Source of the DNA: a virus
Length of the DNA stretch: 64,000 nt
IMG/VR virus record: IMGVR_UViG_3300037189_014399
Coordinates: 1-64,000 of that record
Reading direction: 5' to 3' (one strand)
Part shown: in pieces, positions 1-7,038 of the stretch
Position numbering within the stretch: position 1 is the first letter of the stretch
How the letters are laid out: each line of letters begins with the position of its first letter
Program-made: the position numbers and the translations under genes
Notes under the pieces: model-generated
Database searches by the model: none
What the model was told of the DNA's origin: nothing
Seen by the model: only the letters and a program-made list of their open reading frames with translations

Positions 1-201
1 ATGTATGTTCTTGATACTAACAAGGATATCCCCGCCCCATTTTTACGTATGACTGCTGATGGGTGCGAGCGTATGTTCGTTCGTAACGACTTCGCCATAG
101 AGGTAGGTGAGCCTATGTCTATTCCCTGCTCATCTACGCCAGATGGTGCGGTAATGACGCTCTGTTCTACTCGTGTAGTAGAGGCTAAGCGTATTGCTTA
201 G
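1..201 (+). CDS. hypothetical protein (may be 5'-truncated by window edge)
   Basis: ORF track; same strand as neighbouring genes; no motif recognised. Confidence 0.5.
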   Translation: MYVLDTNKDIPAPFLRMTADGCERMFVRNDFAIEVGEPMSIPCSSTPDGAVMTLCSTRVVEAKRIA

Positions 202-208
202 ATGGCTT

Positions 209-242
209 TATGCCCCCCGCAGTTTTTACTGTGGAGGGTATA
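209..242 (+). other. imperfect hairpin after first ORF
   Basis: TATGCCC-C-CCGCAGT pairs with ACTGTGG-A-GGGTATA. Confidence 0.5.
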
Positions 243-257
243 TGGGTATCTAATCCC

Positions 258-551
258 AATAGGGGGAGAAAGACACACAGGTAATACGCACCCCGTTGAT
301 GTGTATGGATCTATGGACGAACTGATGAGAGTTCATAGGTAGCCACGCCCGTTCCCTTGAGCAGGAGTACGCCTGTCTGAGCGTATGGTTTGTAATGAAC
401 CATAGAACTAAGATGCCATATCAGATGCTTATAGGTAAAGAGTCGCCATTGGGGTATAGCCGGTCAACCTAGCCTGCAACTTAAGTTGTATTTATACGAC
501 TTTACTACTTGCAAGCACGCCTCGTTACCTGTGTGTCTCTCCCTCCCTATT
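258..551 (+). ncRNA. putative structured RNA A (~290 nt, closed by long terminal helix)
   Basis: AGACACACAGGTAA (271-284) is the exact reverse complement of TTACCTGTGTGTCT (525-538); outer AATAGGG/CCCTATT; several internal hairpins; non-coding gap. Confidence 0.65.
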
Positions 552-572
552 AGGAGGAGAAGGAAGGCAAAG

Positions 573-827
573 ATGCAATACAAGACTAAGGTTGTCTTGG
601 TAACTATCTATTACCGAGATACAGAGCCTAAGATTTCATTGGATGATTGGGAATCACCCGATTATCTCTTCCTCAATGATGCAATCCAAAGCTCGCTGAA
701 CAAATTCAATCCTGCGTCAAAAATCTTTGATGTCGCAATTGATCCCGTCAAAGAGTGGATCTTCCATACCGATAAATGGTGGATGCATTGGGCGTATCGA
801 CTGATAAGGAGAAAGAATGTCCTGTAA
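573..827 (+). CDS. hypothetical protein (start moved to ATG 573)
   Basis: strong SD AGGAGGAGAAGGAAGG upstream of ATG 573, within ORF 486..827. Confidence 0.7.
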   Translation: MQYKTKVVLVTIYYRDTEPKISLDDWESPDYLFLNDAIQSSLNKFNPASKIFDVAIDPVKEWIFHTDKWWMHWAYRLIRRKNVL

Positions 828-942
828 TCATCCCGTAAATAAGAAGGCATCGATCAAGTTCTGTCCTCACTGTCTATCAGGCTGTGCCTGTTGTGAGTGG
901 GGCAAGAAGGTAACTTGCGATTGCTGTTCATTAGCTGTTTGA
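817..942 (+). CDS. Cys-rich micro-protein, 41 aa (MSCNHPVNKKASIKFCPHCLSGCACCEWGKKVTCDCCSLAV)
   Basis: hand translation; AAGGAG SD; 9 Cys; below ORF-track cutoff. Confidence 0.65.
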   Translation: MSCNHPVNKKASIKFCPHCLSGCACCEWGKKVTCDCCSLAV

Positions 943-996
943 GTGAGCACGACAGCCCACAGGTGTCCGTCGCCTGTGGGTTGTAGTGTCTACTCA
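940..996 (+). other. long imperfect hairpin
   Basis: TGAGTGAGCACGACAGCCCACAGG pairs with CCTGTGGGTTGTAGTGTCTACTCA around a 9-nt loop. Confidence 0.6.
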
Positions 997-1005
997 GCGT
1001 AGGCA

Positions 1006-1144
1006 GACACTAGACATCACATCGATGGTGACGTATAAAAGAGGCCTAGATATAGTTCGTAAATACGTTGAGCCTATCTTCCCCCTTTGTATAGGCGAAG
1101 GACGTTGATTCGTTACGGCTATCGATCTCGCTCTGTCTAGTGTT
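1006..1144 (+). ncRNA. putative structured RNA B1 (~140 nt)
   Basis: GACACTAGACA/TGTCTAGTGTT closing stem, 4x7 internal loop, then ATCGATGGT/GCTATCGAT. Confidence 0.55.
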
Positions 1145-1191
1145 AAGTAGATGAATGCGGTCATAAGACCAAGTGACTCGAAACAAAAAGG

Positions 1192-1364
1192 AGGAGAGAG
1201 CGCAACAATTTATCAGGCCTAGTAGCAGCGTAGGACTGTTGGGCTTGCCCATTAGTGACACCAGGCAAAAGGCGGGGTTGATGAAGTTGAGTTAGCATCG
1301 AGGTTTGATGACTGTATAGATGGATTCGTAATTCCCTGATAGGTTCCGCTCTGCGCTCTCTCCT
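1192..1364 (+). ncRNA. putative structured RNA B2 (~170 nt)
   Basis: perfect 13-bp AGGAGAGAGCGCA/TGCGCTCTCTCCT, internal loop, then TATCAGG/CCTGATA. Confidence 0.6.
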
Positions 1365-1384
1365 ATCTAAAAGGAAGGAAAAGG

Positions 1385-2101
1385 ATGAGTGAACTAGTAA
1401 GACACTTAGATACAAATAAGTTGCCTTATCTAGATCGCGTTCATATGGCATTCCTTGAGAAGCATAAGAAAAGTGCTTCTTATGAGTGGCTTCAACATCG
1501 AGCAAGAATTATGGAGTATCAATGCCCCATAGTTATTCGAGATGAAGCCTATCAATTGGTTGCTATGAAGAACGGTAAGCATTCAGATCCTGATGGAATA
1601 CTCCTAATAAGACACGTCACACACGAACAAGCAATCGATATCATCAATGCAAGTGGTTGGTGGTATGGAAAAGGTATCGCTCGTTGTGATGAGGAGGGAA
1701 ACCACCTCGTCTTTTATTATGCATATAGCTTCAGTCGTTATGCATATACCTGGAGTACACCGGAAGATTCAGATACCGATCTAGATATTAACTTCCGTAA
1801 CTACTACATCAATTCCCTTTGTGCAATGAAGGGAACAACAAGGAAGGAGGTAGAGCGGATGTGCCATTGTTCAGGTAGATGCTATTGCGAACCAGCACTT
1901 GAGTATGAAGTGCGTGAACATAGCAATAGTGTAGTTCTTTCCAAAGGTCGTCAACAAATCAATGTAACAGTTGAGGAGTTGACAGGCTTGATGGGTTTCT
2001 TGGCTGGAGCTAAGCAAGAGATCAAGCGACTCAAGTTAGAGTCAATTGCTACTCAGATCGAAGATCTTGAGAAGCAGAAGAAGCAAGCAGAAGAACTCTA
2101 G
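1385..2101 (+). CDS. hypothetical protein (possible internal start at 1859)
   Basis: ORF with SD AAGGAAGG; internal CHCxxxCxC motif; C-terminal coiled coil. Confidence 0.75.
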   Translation: MSELVRHLDTNKLPYLDRVHMAFLEKHKKSASYEWLQHRARIMEYQCPIVIRDEAYQLVAMKNGKHSDPDGILLIRHVTHEQAIDIINASGWWYGKGIARCDEEGNHLVFYYAYSFSRYAYTWSTPEDSDTDLDINFRNYYINSLCAMKGTTRKEVERMCHCSGRCYCEPALEYEVREHSNSVVLSKGRQQINVTVEELTGLMGFLAGAKQEIKRLKLESIATQIEDLEKQKKQAEEL

Positions 2102-2110
2102 GGAGGATCG

Positions 2111-2488
2111 GTGTACATAGATGGACAAGAGTATGAAGATCTCATCAAGTTCTATCAAGACAACAAAGACAACAGTCAATGGGATCTTGATGGAGATGAC
2201 GATCTCATCAATCGTTACATACCGACTCGCCAATCACTCCGCATCTATTGGAGTGAGAAGCGAGCACAAGTCAGATGGACTTACTACAAGTTCAAGTGGC
2301 AAGCAAGACACACTGGTTACCGCTTAAAGTTTGGTGTGTATCCAAACCCAACAAAAGTTGTTGGGCAGACACTATTCAAATATGATGAGCCTTACAGCTT
2401 CGTTATGTTTGATGAGCTGAACTTTGTTTCCCCCAAAGTCAGTTCAATGATGCATTCAGTGCTATTCACTAGCCCTGAATCAGAATAG
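2111..2488 (+). CDS. hypothetical protein
   Basis: GTG start with GGAGG SD. Confidence 0.7.
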   Translation: MYIDGQEYEDLIKFYQDNKDNSQWDLDGDDDLINRYIPTRQSLRIYWSEKRAQVRWTYYKFKWQARHTGYRLKFGVYPNPTKVVGQTLFKYDEPYSFVMFDELNFVSPKVSSMMHSVLFTSPESE

Positions 2489-2496
2489 GAGGAACA

Positions 2497-2625
2497 ATGC
2501 GTCACTGTGAAATATGTGGTGCAATGCCAATGATCGATGGTTATCGTTGTGAGAACATACAAGATAATGATGTGTGCATTCACTGCTGTAACTGCGAGGA
2601 CCACAAGGGAGAAAGCAATGGCTAA
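2497..2625 (+). CDS. Cys-rich micro-protein, 42 aa (MRHCEICG...CIHCCNCEDH...)
   Basis: hand translation; AGGAGG SD; stop overlaps next gene. Confidence 0.65.
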   Translation: MRHCEICGAMPMIDGYRCENIQDNDVCIHCCNCEDHKGESNG

Positions 2626-2866
2626 AGAAATAAGCGAACACCTTGAGATCTCATTGTTTGAGGCTCAGAAGTTCGTACACGCAACACGGCACACCAATAG
2701 TAAGAGCAAGCACTGTCCCTTCTGCATTATTGTGGATGTGGCAGTTGGTACTTACAAAGCAGACACCAACAATCCGTTCGCTGTTGCTATCTTGACCGGA
2801 GAAGCCAAGTTAGCACACGACATAGTCAATGCAACAAAAGGAGGGAAGAAAGATGATGTTCTATAA
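2618..2866 (+). CDS. hypothetical protein (HCPFC motif)
   Basis: ATG 2618 with GGGAG SD within ORF 2537..2866. Confidence 0.65.
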   Translation: MAKEISEHLEISLFEAQKFVHATRHTNSKSKHCPFCIIVDVAVGTYKADTNNPFAVAILTGEAKLAHDIVNATKGGKKDDVL

Positions 2867-2993
2867 CGGATTCAATCTAATGATTGATATATTCCTAATT
2901 GCAGCCACATCATTTATTGTCTACCGCAATGCGTGGTGGGATGGATACCGCGATGGTATTGAAGATACAAAGGCAGGGCTTCACGATGAGTGA
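2853..2993 (+). CDS. small membrane protein, 46 aa
   Basis: hand translation MMFYNGFNLMIDIFLIAATSFIVYRNAWWDGY...; GGAGG SD; one hydrophobic segment. Confidence 0.55.
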   Translation: MMFYNGFNLMIDIFLIAATSFIVYRNAWWDGYRDGIEDTKAGLHDE

Positions 2994-3261
2994 AGACCTA
3001 TCTGATCAACCACACGATCACGTGGTGATGGAACTACGAGTTGATTTTGTAGTGCCACGTGATTACGATGAGCTGAGCACCATTTCTTATGGTCTTGAGT
3101 ATTTAAGTAATATACTCATAGATGCTGAAGGCATCACAGAAGAGGACAAAGAGAACGCAACGTTAAAGGTAACACAGCGTGCTCGTTGTGAAGATCTGGA
3201 TGAACCTGATCCAGAGATCACATTAGATAATGTGATTAACATACATAGGAAAACAACTTAA
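2986..3261 (+). CDS. acidic hypothetical protein
   Basis: ATG 2986 overlapping previous stop, within ORF 2899..3261. Confidence 0.65.
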   Translation: MSEDLSDQPHDHVVMELRVDFVVPRDYDELSTISYGLEYLSNILIDAEGITEEDKENATLKVTQRARCEDLDEPDPEITLDNVINIHRKTT

Positions 3262-3270
3262 TAGTATTAC

Positions 3271-3339
3271 GTGTGCCGACACAAACATCGGCAGCGCTGG
3301 CCTGGTGGCTCACTGTGGTTCGATTCCACACAGCGCACG
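3271..3339 (+). ncRNA. tRNA-like element t1 (no anticodon arm)
   Basis: T-arm TGTGG-TTCGATT-CCACA (3314-3330) abutting CAGCGCAC, which pairs with GTGTGCCG (3271-3278, one mismatch) or GCGCTG (3294-3299). Confidence 0.6.
3276..3287 (+). repeat. CCRACACAAACA motif copy 1
   Basis: CCGACACAAACA. Confidence 0.75.
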
Positions 3340-3421
3340 CATCATACTGATTGGCGAGGTCTTGGCCGTTGTAGTCATAGGTATCCGATGCCTTGGTTAC
3401 GGTTCCTAAGGTAAAACCGAT

Positions 3422-3554
3422 GGGTAGGCAAGTACTAATGCAGGAGAGATCAAATGTGATTGCTGATACGAAAAAAGGATCGGGCTCCCAAGTGACAATG
3501 GTTTCCATTGAATACTGGTCAAGGACAGTCCCTGCACATCAGGCTTGCCTACCC
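3422..3554 (+). ncRNA. putative structured RNA C (~133 nt)
   Basis: perfect 11-bp GGGTAGGCAAG/CTTGCCTACCC, 6x7 internal loop, then TGCAGG/CCTGCA. Confidence 0.6.
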
Positions 3555-3577
3555 CCTAGCTAAAAAGGAAGGTACAT

Positions 3578-4174
3578 ATGTTAGACATAACACTCCACGG
3601 TACTCCTCAACACCGCAATTCACTATCAATGGATATCAATGTACGTGGTTGGGTAATCAAAGCCAACCACGATTACAGAGGTTCTCATGAGTGTGCATTT
3701 AAGGTTAACAATGTAGGAATTACCTTTGAGGTAGAGTCTTCCAAGCTTGGATTCATGCCTGATCGCTTAAGCATTCAAGGCAATTGGTCTACCAAAGATG
3801 GAAGAAAGTGGATGGATAACGGGGGTTGGTTACCTTGGGACACGATGAACAAGTTAAAGTTTGAGTTCTTGCCTGATGCTATTCAGCAGATGGCATATCA
3901 AAACCTTGTTAAGTATCTTGAGCAATCAACAATTACTCTGGGTAAAAATCTACAGACTCTAAAGATAAACAAGCGCTTCGTACCGCTTGGATATGTAGAT
4001 ATGAATTCTAATGATGACTCTGAGGATGCATTGCCATTCTTACCATCAGTTAGAACAACTCAACCATCACCATTCATTGGTATGGATGTATCCAAATGGA
4101 AAGTAGCACGAGAGGAGATGGCGTGGGATCCATCAAAAGCTACATCAAACGCAGAAACCTCATCAGAGGTCTAA
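3578..4174 (+). CDS. hypothetical protein
   Basis: ORF with AAGGAAGG SD. Confidence 0.75.
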   Translation: MLDITLHGTPQHRNSLSMDINVRGWVIKANHDYRGSHECAFKVNNVGITFEVESSKLGFMPDRLSIQGNWSTKDGRKWMDNGGWLPWDTMNKLKFEFLPDAIQQMAYQNLVKYLEQSTITLGKNLQTLKINKRFVPLGYVDMNSNDDSEDALPFLPSVRTTQPSPFIGMDVSKWKVAREEMAWDPSKATSNAETSSEV

Positions 4175-4398
4175 AGCGTTCAGCTAAATACGGTGGTGAG
4201 TGGGACATCAATGATATTGGTTCCGTCTCACTACGTATGAAAGACGGCAGCAACAGAGAGTATCTATTCTTCTGGCCTTATGGTTGGAAGGATGGCATAC
4301 ACCTATCAACACAGAAGATTGATAGCCTTATGCAATGTGAGACTATCGATGATATCTACACATTGCAGGAGGTAAGCAATGGAGATAACAATATATAA
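4123..4398 (+). CDS. hypothetical protein
   Basis: GTG 4123 with GAGGAG SD within ORF 4096..4398. Confidence 0.6.
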   Translation: MGSIKSYIKRRNLIRGLKRSAKYGGEWDINDIGSVSLRMKDGSNREYLFFWPYGWKDGIHLSTQKIDSLMQCETIDDIYTLQEVSNGDNNI

Positions 4399-4519
4399 CT
4401 GGTGGTTTAGTATCTATATTCCACAAGTTGTTGAGTTCCATACACAAATGGGTTGGGCAATAGCTGCTGTAGTAACAGCTGTTCTATTGCGACAGCTCAA
4501 GCGCAGGTTTCTTGGGTAA
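4379..4519 (+). CDS. small membrane protein, 46 aa
   Basis: hand translation MEITIYNWWF...WAIAAVVTAVLLRQLKRRFLG; GGAGG SD. Confidence 0.6.
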   Translation: MEITIYNWWFSIYIPQVVEFHTQMGWAIAAVVTAVLLRQLKRRFLG

Positions 4520-4536
4520 GTAATCCAAGGATGGCG

Positions 4537-4617
4537 GTGCATAGATGGACACTAGATACTGGTTCTTGACTTCCCTTCTCCCCAGTATCTTGGAGGGTTC
4601 AATTCCCTCTATGCACA
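4537..4617 (+). ncRNA. tRNA-like element t2 (tmRNA-TLD-like geometry)
   Basis: perfect 7-bp acceptor GTGCATA/TATGCAC; T-arm GAGGG-TTCAATT-CCCTC; 10-nt stemless D region; 9-bp helix AGATACTGG/CCAGTATCT with 19-nt pyrimidine-rich loop; no CCA. Confidence 0.75.
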
Positions 4618-4618
4618 C

Positions 4619-4810
4619 GGAGAAGACAGAGACCTAATGAGAGATTGCAAGTGCTCGGTATCCCATGGGGAGACTAATCCGACACAAACAATCGATCAAA
4701 AGCCCAGCGTAGTCTATATGATTTAAAGTTCCGTTCGATAAACCCGGACAACCTGCCTACTGTGCGATCATGAACCAATGTTGGTGAAACTGGTGTCTCT
4801 GTCTTCTTCC
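4619..4810 (+). ncRNA. putative structured RNA D (~190 nt)
   Basis: perfect 13-bp AGAAGACAGAGAC/GTCTCTGTCTTCT plus GG/CC; begins immediately after t2. Confidence 0.6.
4679..4690 (+). repeat. CCRACACAAACA motif copy 2
   Basis: CCGACACAAACA. Confidence 0.75.
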
Positions 4811-4828
4811 TAAACATAAGGAGAACAA

Positions 4829-5143
4829 ATGAGCAAGCCAAGAAAAAGAGTATCTCTTGGCACTCCAGTCAACCTACCACCACAGAATATAGATAACTGG
4901 AAGTGGCAATTTGATGCAGCGTGCAGAGATGAAGATAACAATCTCTTTTACTATCAAGATCAAGAACGTGGTGATCAAAAAGCATCGCGTATAAAAGCAG
5001 CCAAAGCAATATGTGCTAGCTGTCCAGTAAGCACGGCCTGTTTAGAGTGGGCAACCAGAACAAAAGAAACTCATGGCATTTGGGGTGGATTGACCCCAGA
5101 AGAACGCGGCATTAAGATGCCACACGAAGAATTGGTGGACTGA
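4829..5143 (+). CDS. whiB: WhiB-family transcription factor
   Basis: W...AAC...CxxCPVxxxCLxWA...GIWGG signature. Confidence 0.95.
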   Translation: MSKPRKRVSLGTPVNLPPQNIDNWKWQFDAACRDEDNNLFYYQDQERGDQKASRIKAAKAICASCPVSTACLEWATRTKETHGIWGGLTPEERGIKMPHEELVD

Positions 5144-5215
5144 TCATCCATCATATAGGGAGACTAGAGCGGGAGTTACAAGGTAACGAAAACTCTTTTC
5201 CACACCCTATGTAGG

Positions 5216-5426
5216 GCAGGCACACAATGAGATCTCCATTAGTTAATAAAGGATCGCCTCAAGATGCCCGTCTCCAGCAACGTCTGCATACGTCTGCATA
5301 CAAGAGTCCTCACGCACTAGTGATGAAGGTACCGTGCTAGCACAGGTCAGAAAACATCATGAACGCTACGACAGGTTGCGTATTACGGTATTACGGTTCC
5401 GTGAGCGAAGGCTGAGGGGTGCCTGT
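5216..5426 (+). ncRNA. putative structured RNA E (~210 nt)
   Basis: GCAGGCAC/GTGCCTGT closing stem; nested CCTCA/TGAGG and CTCACG/CGTGAG; internal tandem duplications. Confidence 0.5.
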
Positions 5427-5500
5427 ACATGACAGGAGCAAGGAATAAAGACTAATTCGGTCAGCTATATCTAATAACGTAAAAGGATATAGAGAACATT

Positions 5501-5607
5501 GTGTGTGTTTCACCTCACAACTATACGTGTCTGCTTATCGGCGTGTCGTTGTGACAGGGGGAGGGCGTGACTAGCAGACTTCAGGGTGCAAGTCCCTGAC
5601 ACGCACG
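5501..5607 (+). ncRNA. tRNA-like element t3
   Basis: GTGTGTGT/ACACGCAC acceptor-like stem; T-arm CAGGG-TGCAAGT-CCCTG; helix GTCTGCT/AGCAGAC; 2-nt linker as in t2. Confidence 0.6.
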
Positions 5608-5639
5608 CAGTTATAACCACCATCGGGGTGGTTAGCTGT
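5607..5639 (+). other. hairpin directly upstream of ATPase RBS
   Basis: TAACCACC/GGTGGTTA flanked by GCAGT/GCTGT. Confidence 0.55.
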
Positions 5640-5661
5640 AAAGAAAAGGAAGGCAGTAACA

Positions 5662-7035
5662 ATGAAAACAGCGGTGTTTGTAGAAACGTACGAACCGGCA
5701 ATGGGCGCAGATCGTCGTCAGACTATCTTCGTACCATTTAATGAAGACGTGCGAGTGTATACCCGTGTCACTGATGGACAGAAAGGATTGTCTAATAAGT
5801 GGAACGAAGTTGCAATTGACATGTTGCACATTAGCGAGTCGGAACGTATCACTAACAAGCCAGTTGGTGTACGTGTTACTGAGAACGACAACGACGATAT
5901 CAGTGAAAAGGGTTACTCACCTGTACTCACTGTCAAAGCCGTCAATGCCCACCTCAAATCAACACCATATGGAGAGCATGATTACAATGTCCTTGATGTT
6001 GTACGTGATCTCTACCAACATGTTAGTGCTCAAGATAGTGTGGTTGAGTCAATGATTATTGACAATCGTACTAAGCCTGAGCCTTCTCCATTCATGCCTG
6101 TTACAGAAGCTGCTCCAGTTCAGGAGTATGTAGAGCGTCCAGCCGACACAAACAAATCGCTGTCGCTGGCACTCGCAACTATTCCTGCACCTGAGCTAGC
6201 TGATCGCTATGTAAGCCGTAAGATCTTCGGTCTCGTAGATTACGAGGTCTTTGATCGTAGCCGTGCAAATCATATCGACACTCTTATCTACGGCCCTACC
6301 GGTCCTGGTAAGACGTCATCTGTAATGGCGTGGGCTTCAAGCCGCAAATTACGTGTTGCTACAGTATCCGGCAATGCTGCTCTCGAGCCAAGTCAACTCA
6401 TTGGTAAGTATGTACCAGATGGGAAGGGTGGCTTTGAGTGGATTGACGGTCCTGTGACTGACGTAGTTCGCAATGGTGGTGTTCTTATCCTCGATGAGGT
6501 TAACTTCATCAGCTCTAAAATCTATACCGTCTTGTATTCATTGCTTGATGATCGTCGTGCTCTCATTCTGCTCGACCATCACGGTGAGACTGTTAGTGCA
6601 CATCGTGACCTAACAATCTTTGCGACCATGAATCCTAGCTATGTTGGCACAGTGCCACTTAACTATGCATTCCGCAACCGTTTCGGTCTACAGATCTTCT
6701 GGGACTATGACGATAAGGTCGAGGCCAAGTTAATTAAGTCCGATGCAATCCTAACTGTAATGCGTCAGCTACGCAGTGAGGCTGCTAAGGGTGAGATCGA
6801 GACTCCAGTATCTACCAATATGGGTATGGAGTTGGAATCATTCATTAACGTCTTCAATTATGAGTTTGCAATTGAGAACTTCATTGCTCACTTTGACATG
6901 GAAGAACAAGAAAAGGTCCGTCTAGTCTTCACTACCCACGAAGCTAACATTCGTGCTGACTTTGAAGAAATTCAAGTCGAGTTGGTAGAAAAGGAAGATG
7001 ACATTCAAGCAGTAACTACAACAGTAGGAGCATAG
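5662..7035 (+). CDS. MoxR/CbbQ/CobS-like AAA+ ATPase
   Basis: Walker A GPTGPGKT, Walker B LILDEVN, ATMNP sensor, AFRNRF Arg finger. Confidence 0.92.
   Translation: MKTAVFVETYEPAMGADRRQTIFVPFNEDVRVYTRVTDGQKGLSNKWNEVAIDMLHISESERITNKPVGVRVTENDNDDISEKGYSPVLTVKAVNAHLKSTPYGEHDYNVLDVVRDLYQHVSAQDSVVESMIIDNRTKPEPSPFMPVTEAAPVQEYVERPADTNKSLSLALATIPAPELADRYVSRKIFGLVDYEVFDRSRANHIDTLIYGPTGPGKTSSVMAWASSRKLRVATVSGNAALEPSQLIGKYVPDGKGGFEWIDGPVTDVVRNGGVLILDEVNFISSKIYTVLYSLLDDRRALILLDHHGETVSAHRDLTIFATMNPSYVGTVPLNYAFRNRFGLQIFWDYDDKVEAKLIKSDAILTVMRQLRSEAAKGEIETPVSTNMGMELESFINVFNYEFAIENFIAHFDMEEQEKVRLVFTTHEANIRADFEEIQVELVEKEDDIQAVTTTVGA
6143..6154 (+). repeat. CCRACACAAACA motif copy 3 (intragenic)
   Basis: CCGACACAAACA. 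Confidence 0.7.
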
Positions 7036-7038
7036 CTA

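Noticed and set aside
331-345. CTGATGAG resembling a hammerhead ribozyme core
   Set aside because: No correctly placed GAAA and stem II/III; the sequence lies in a simple hairpin loop
3391-3420. preQ1-I riboswitch
   Set aside because: A-rich tail too short, loop lacks the consensus, and no related gene downstream
4634-4794. CTAATGAG...GAAAC inside RNA D as a hammerhead
   Set aside because: Core G is replaced by A and there is no stem III or cleavage triplet between GAAA and the closing stem
258-5426. Inverted-repeat-bounded segments as MITEs or integron attC sites
   Set aside because: Terminal repeats differ between elements; no target-site duplications, RYYYAAC/GTTRRRY boxes, transposase or integrase seen
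3271-5607. Canonical tRNA genes or a full tmRNA
   Set aside because: No D-stem or 7-nt anticodon loop, no CCA, no G3-U70 alanine identity pair and no tag reading frame
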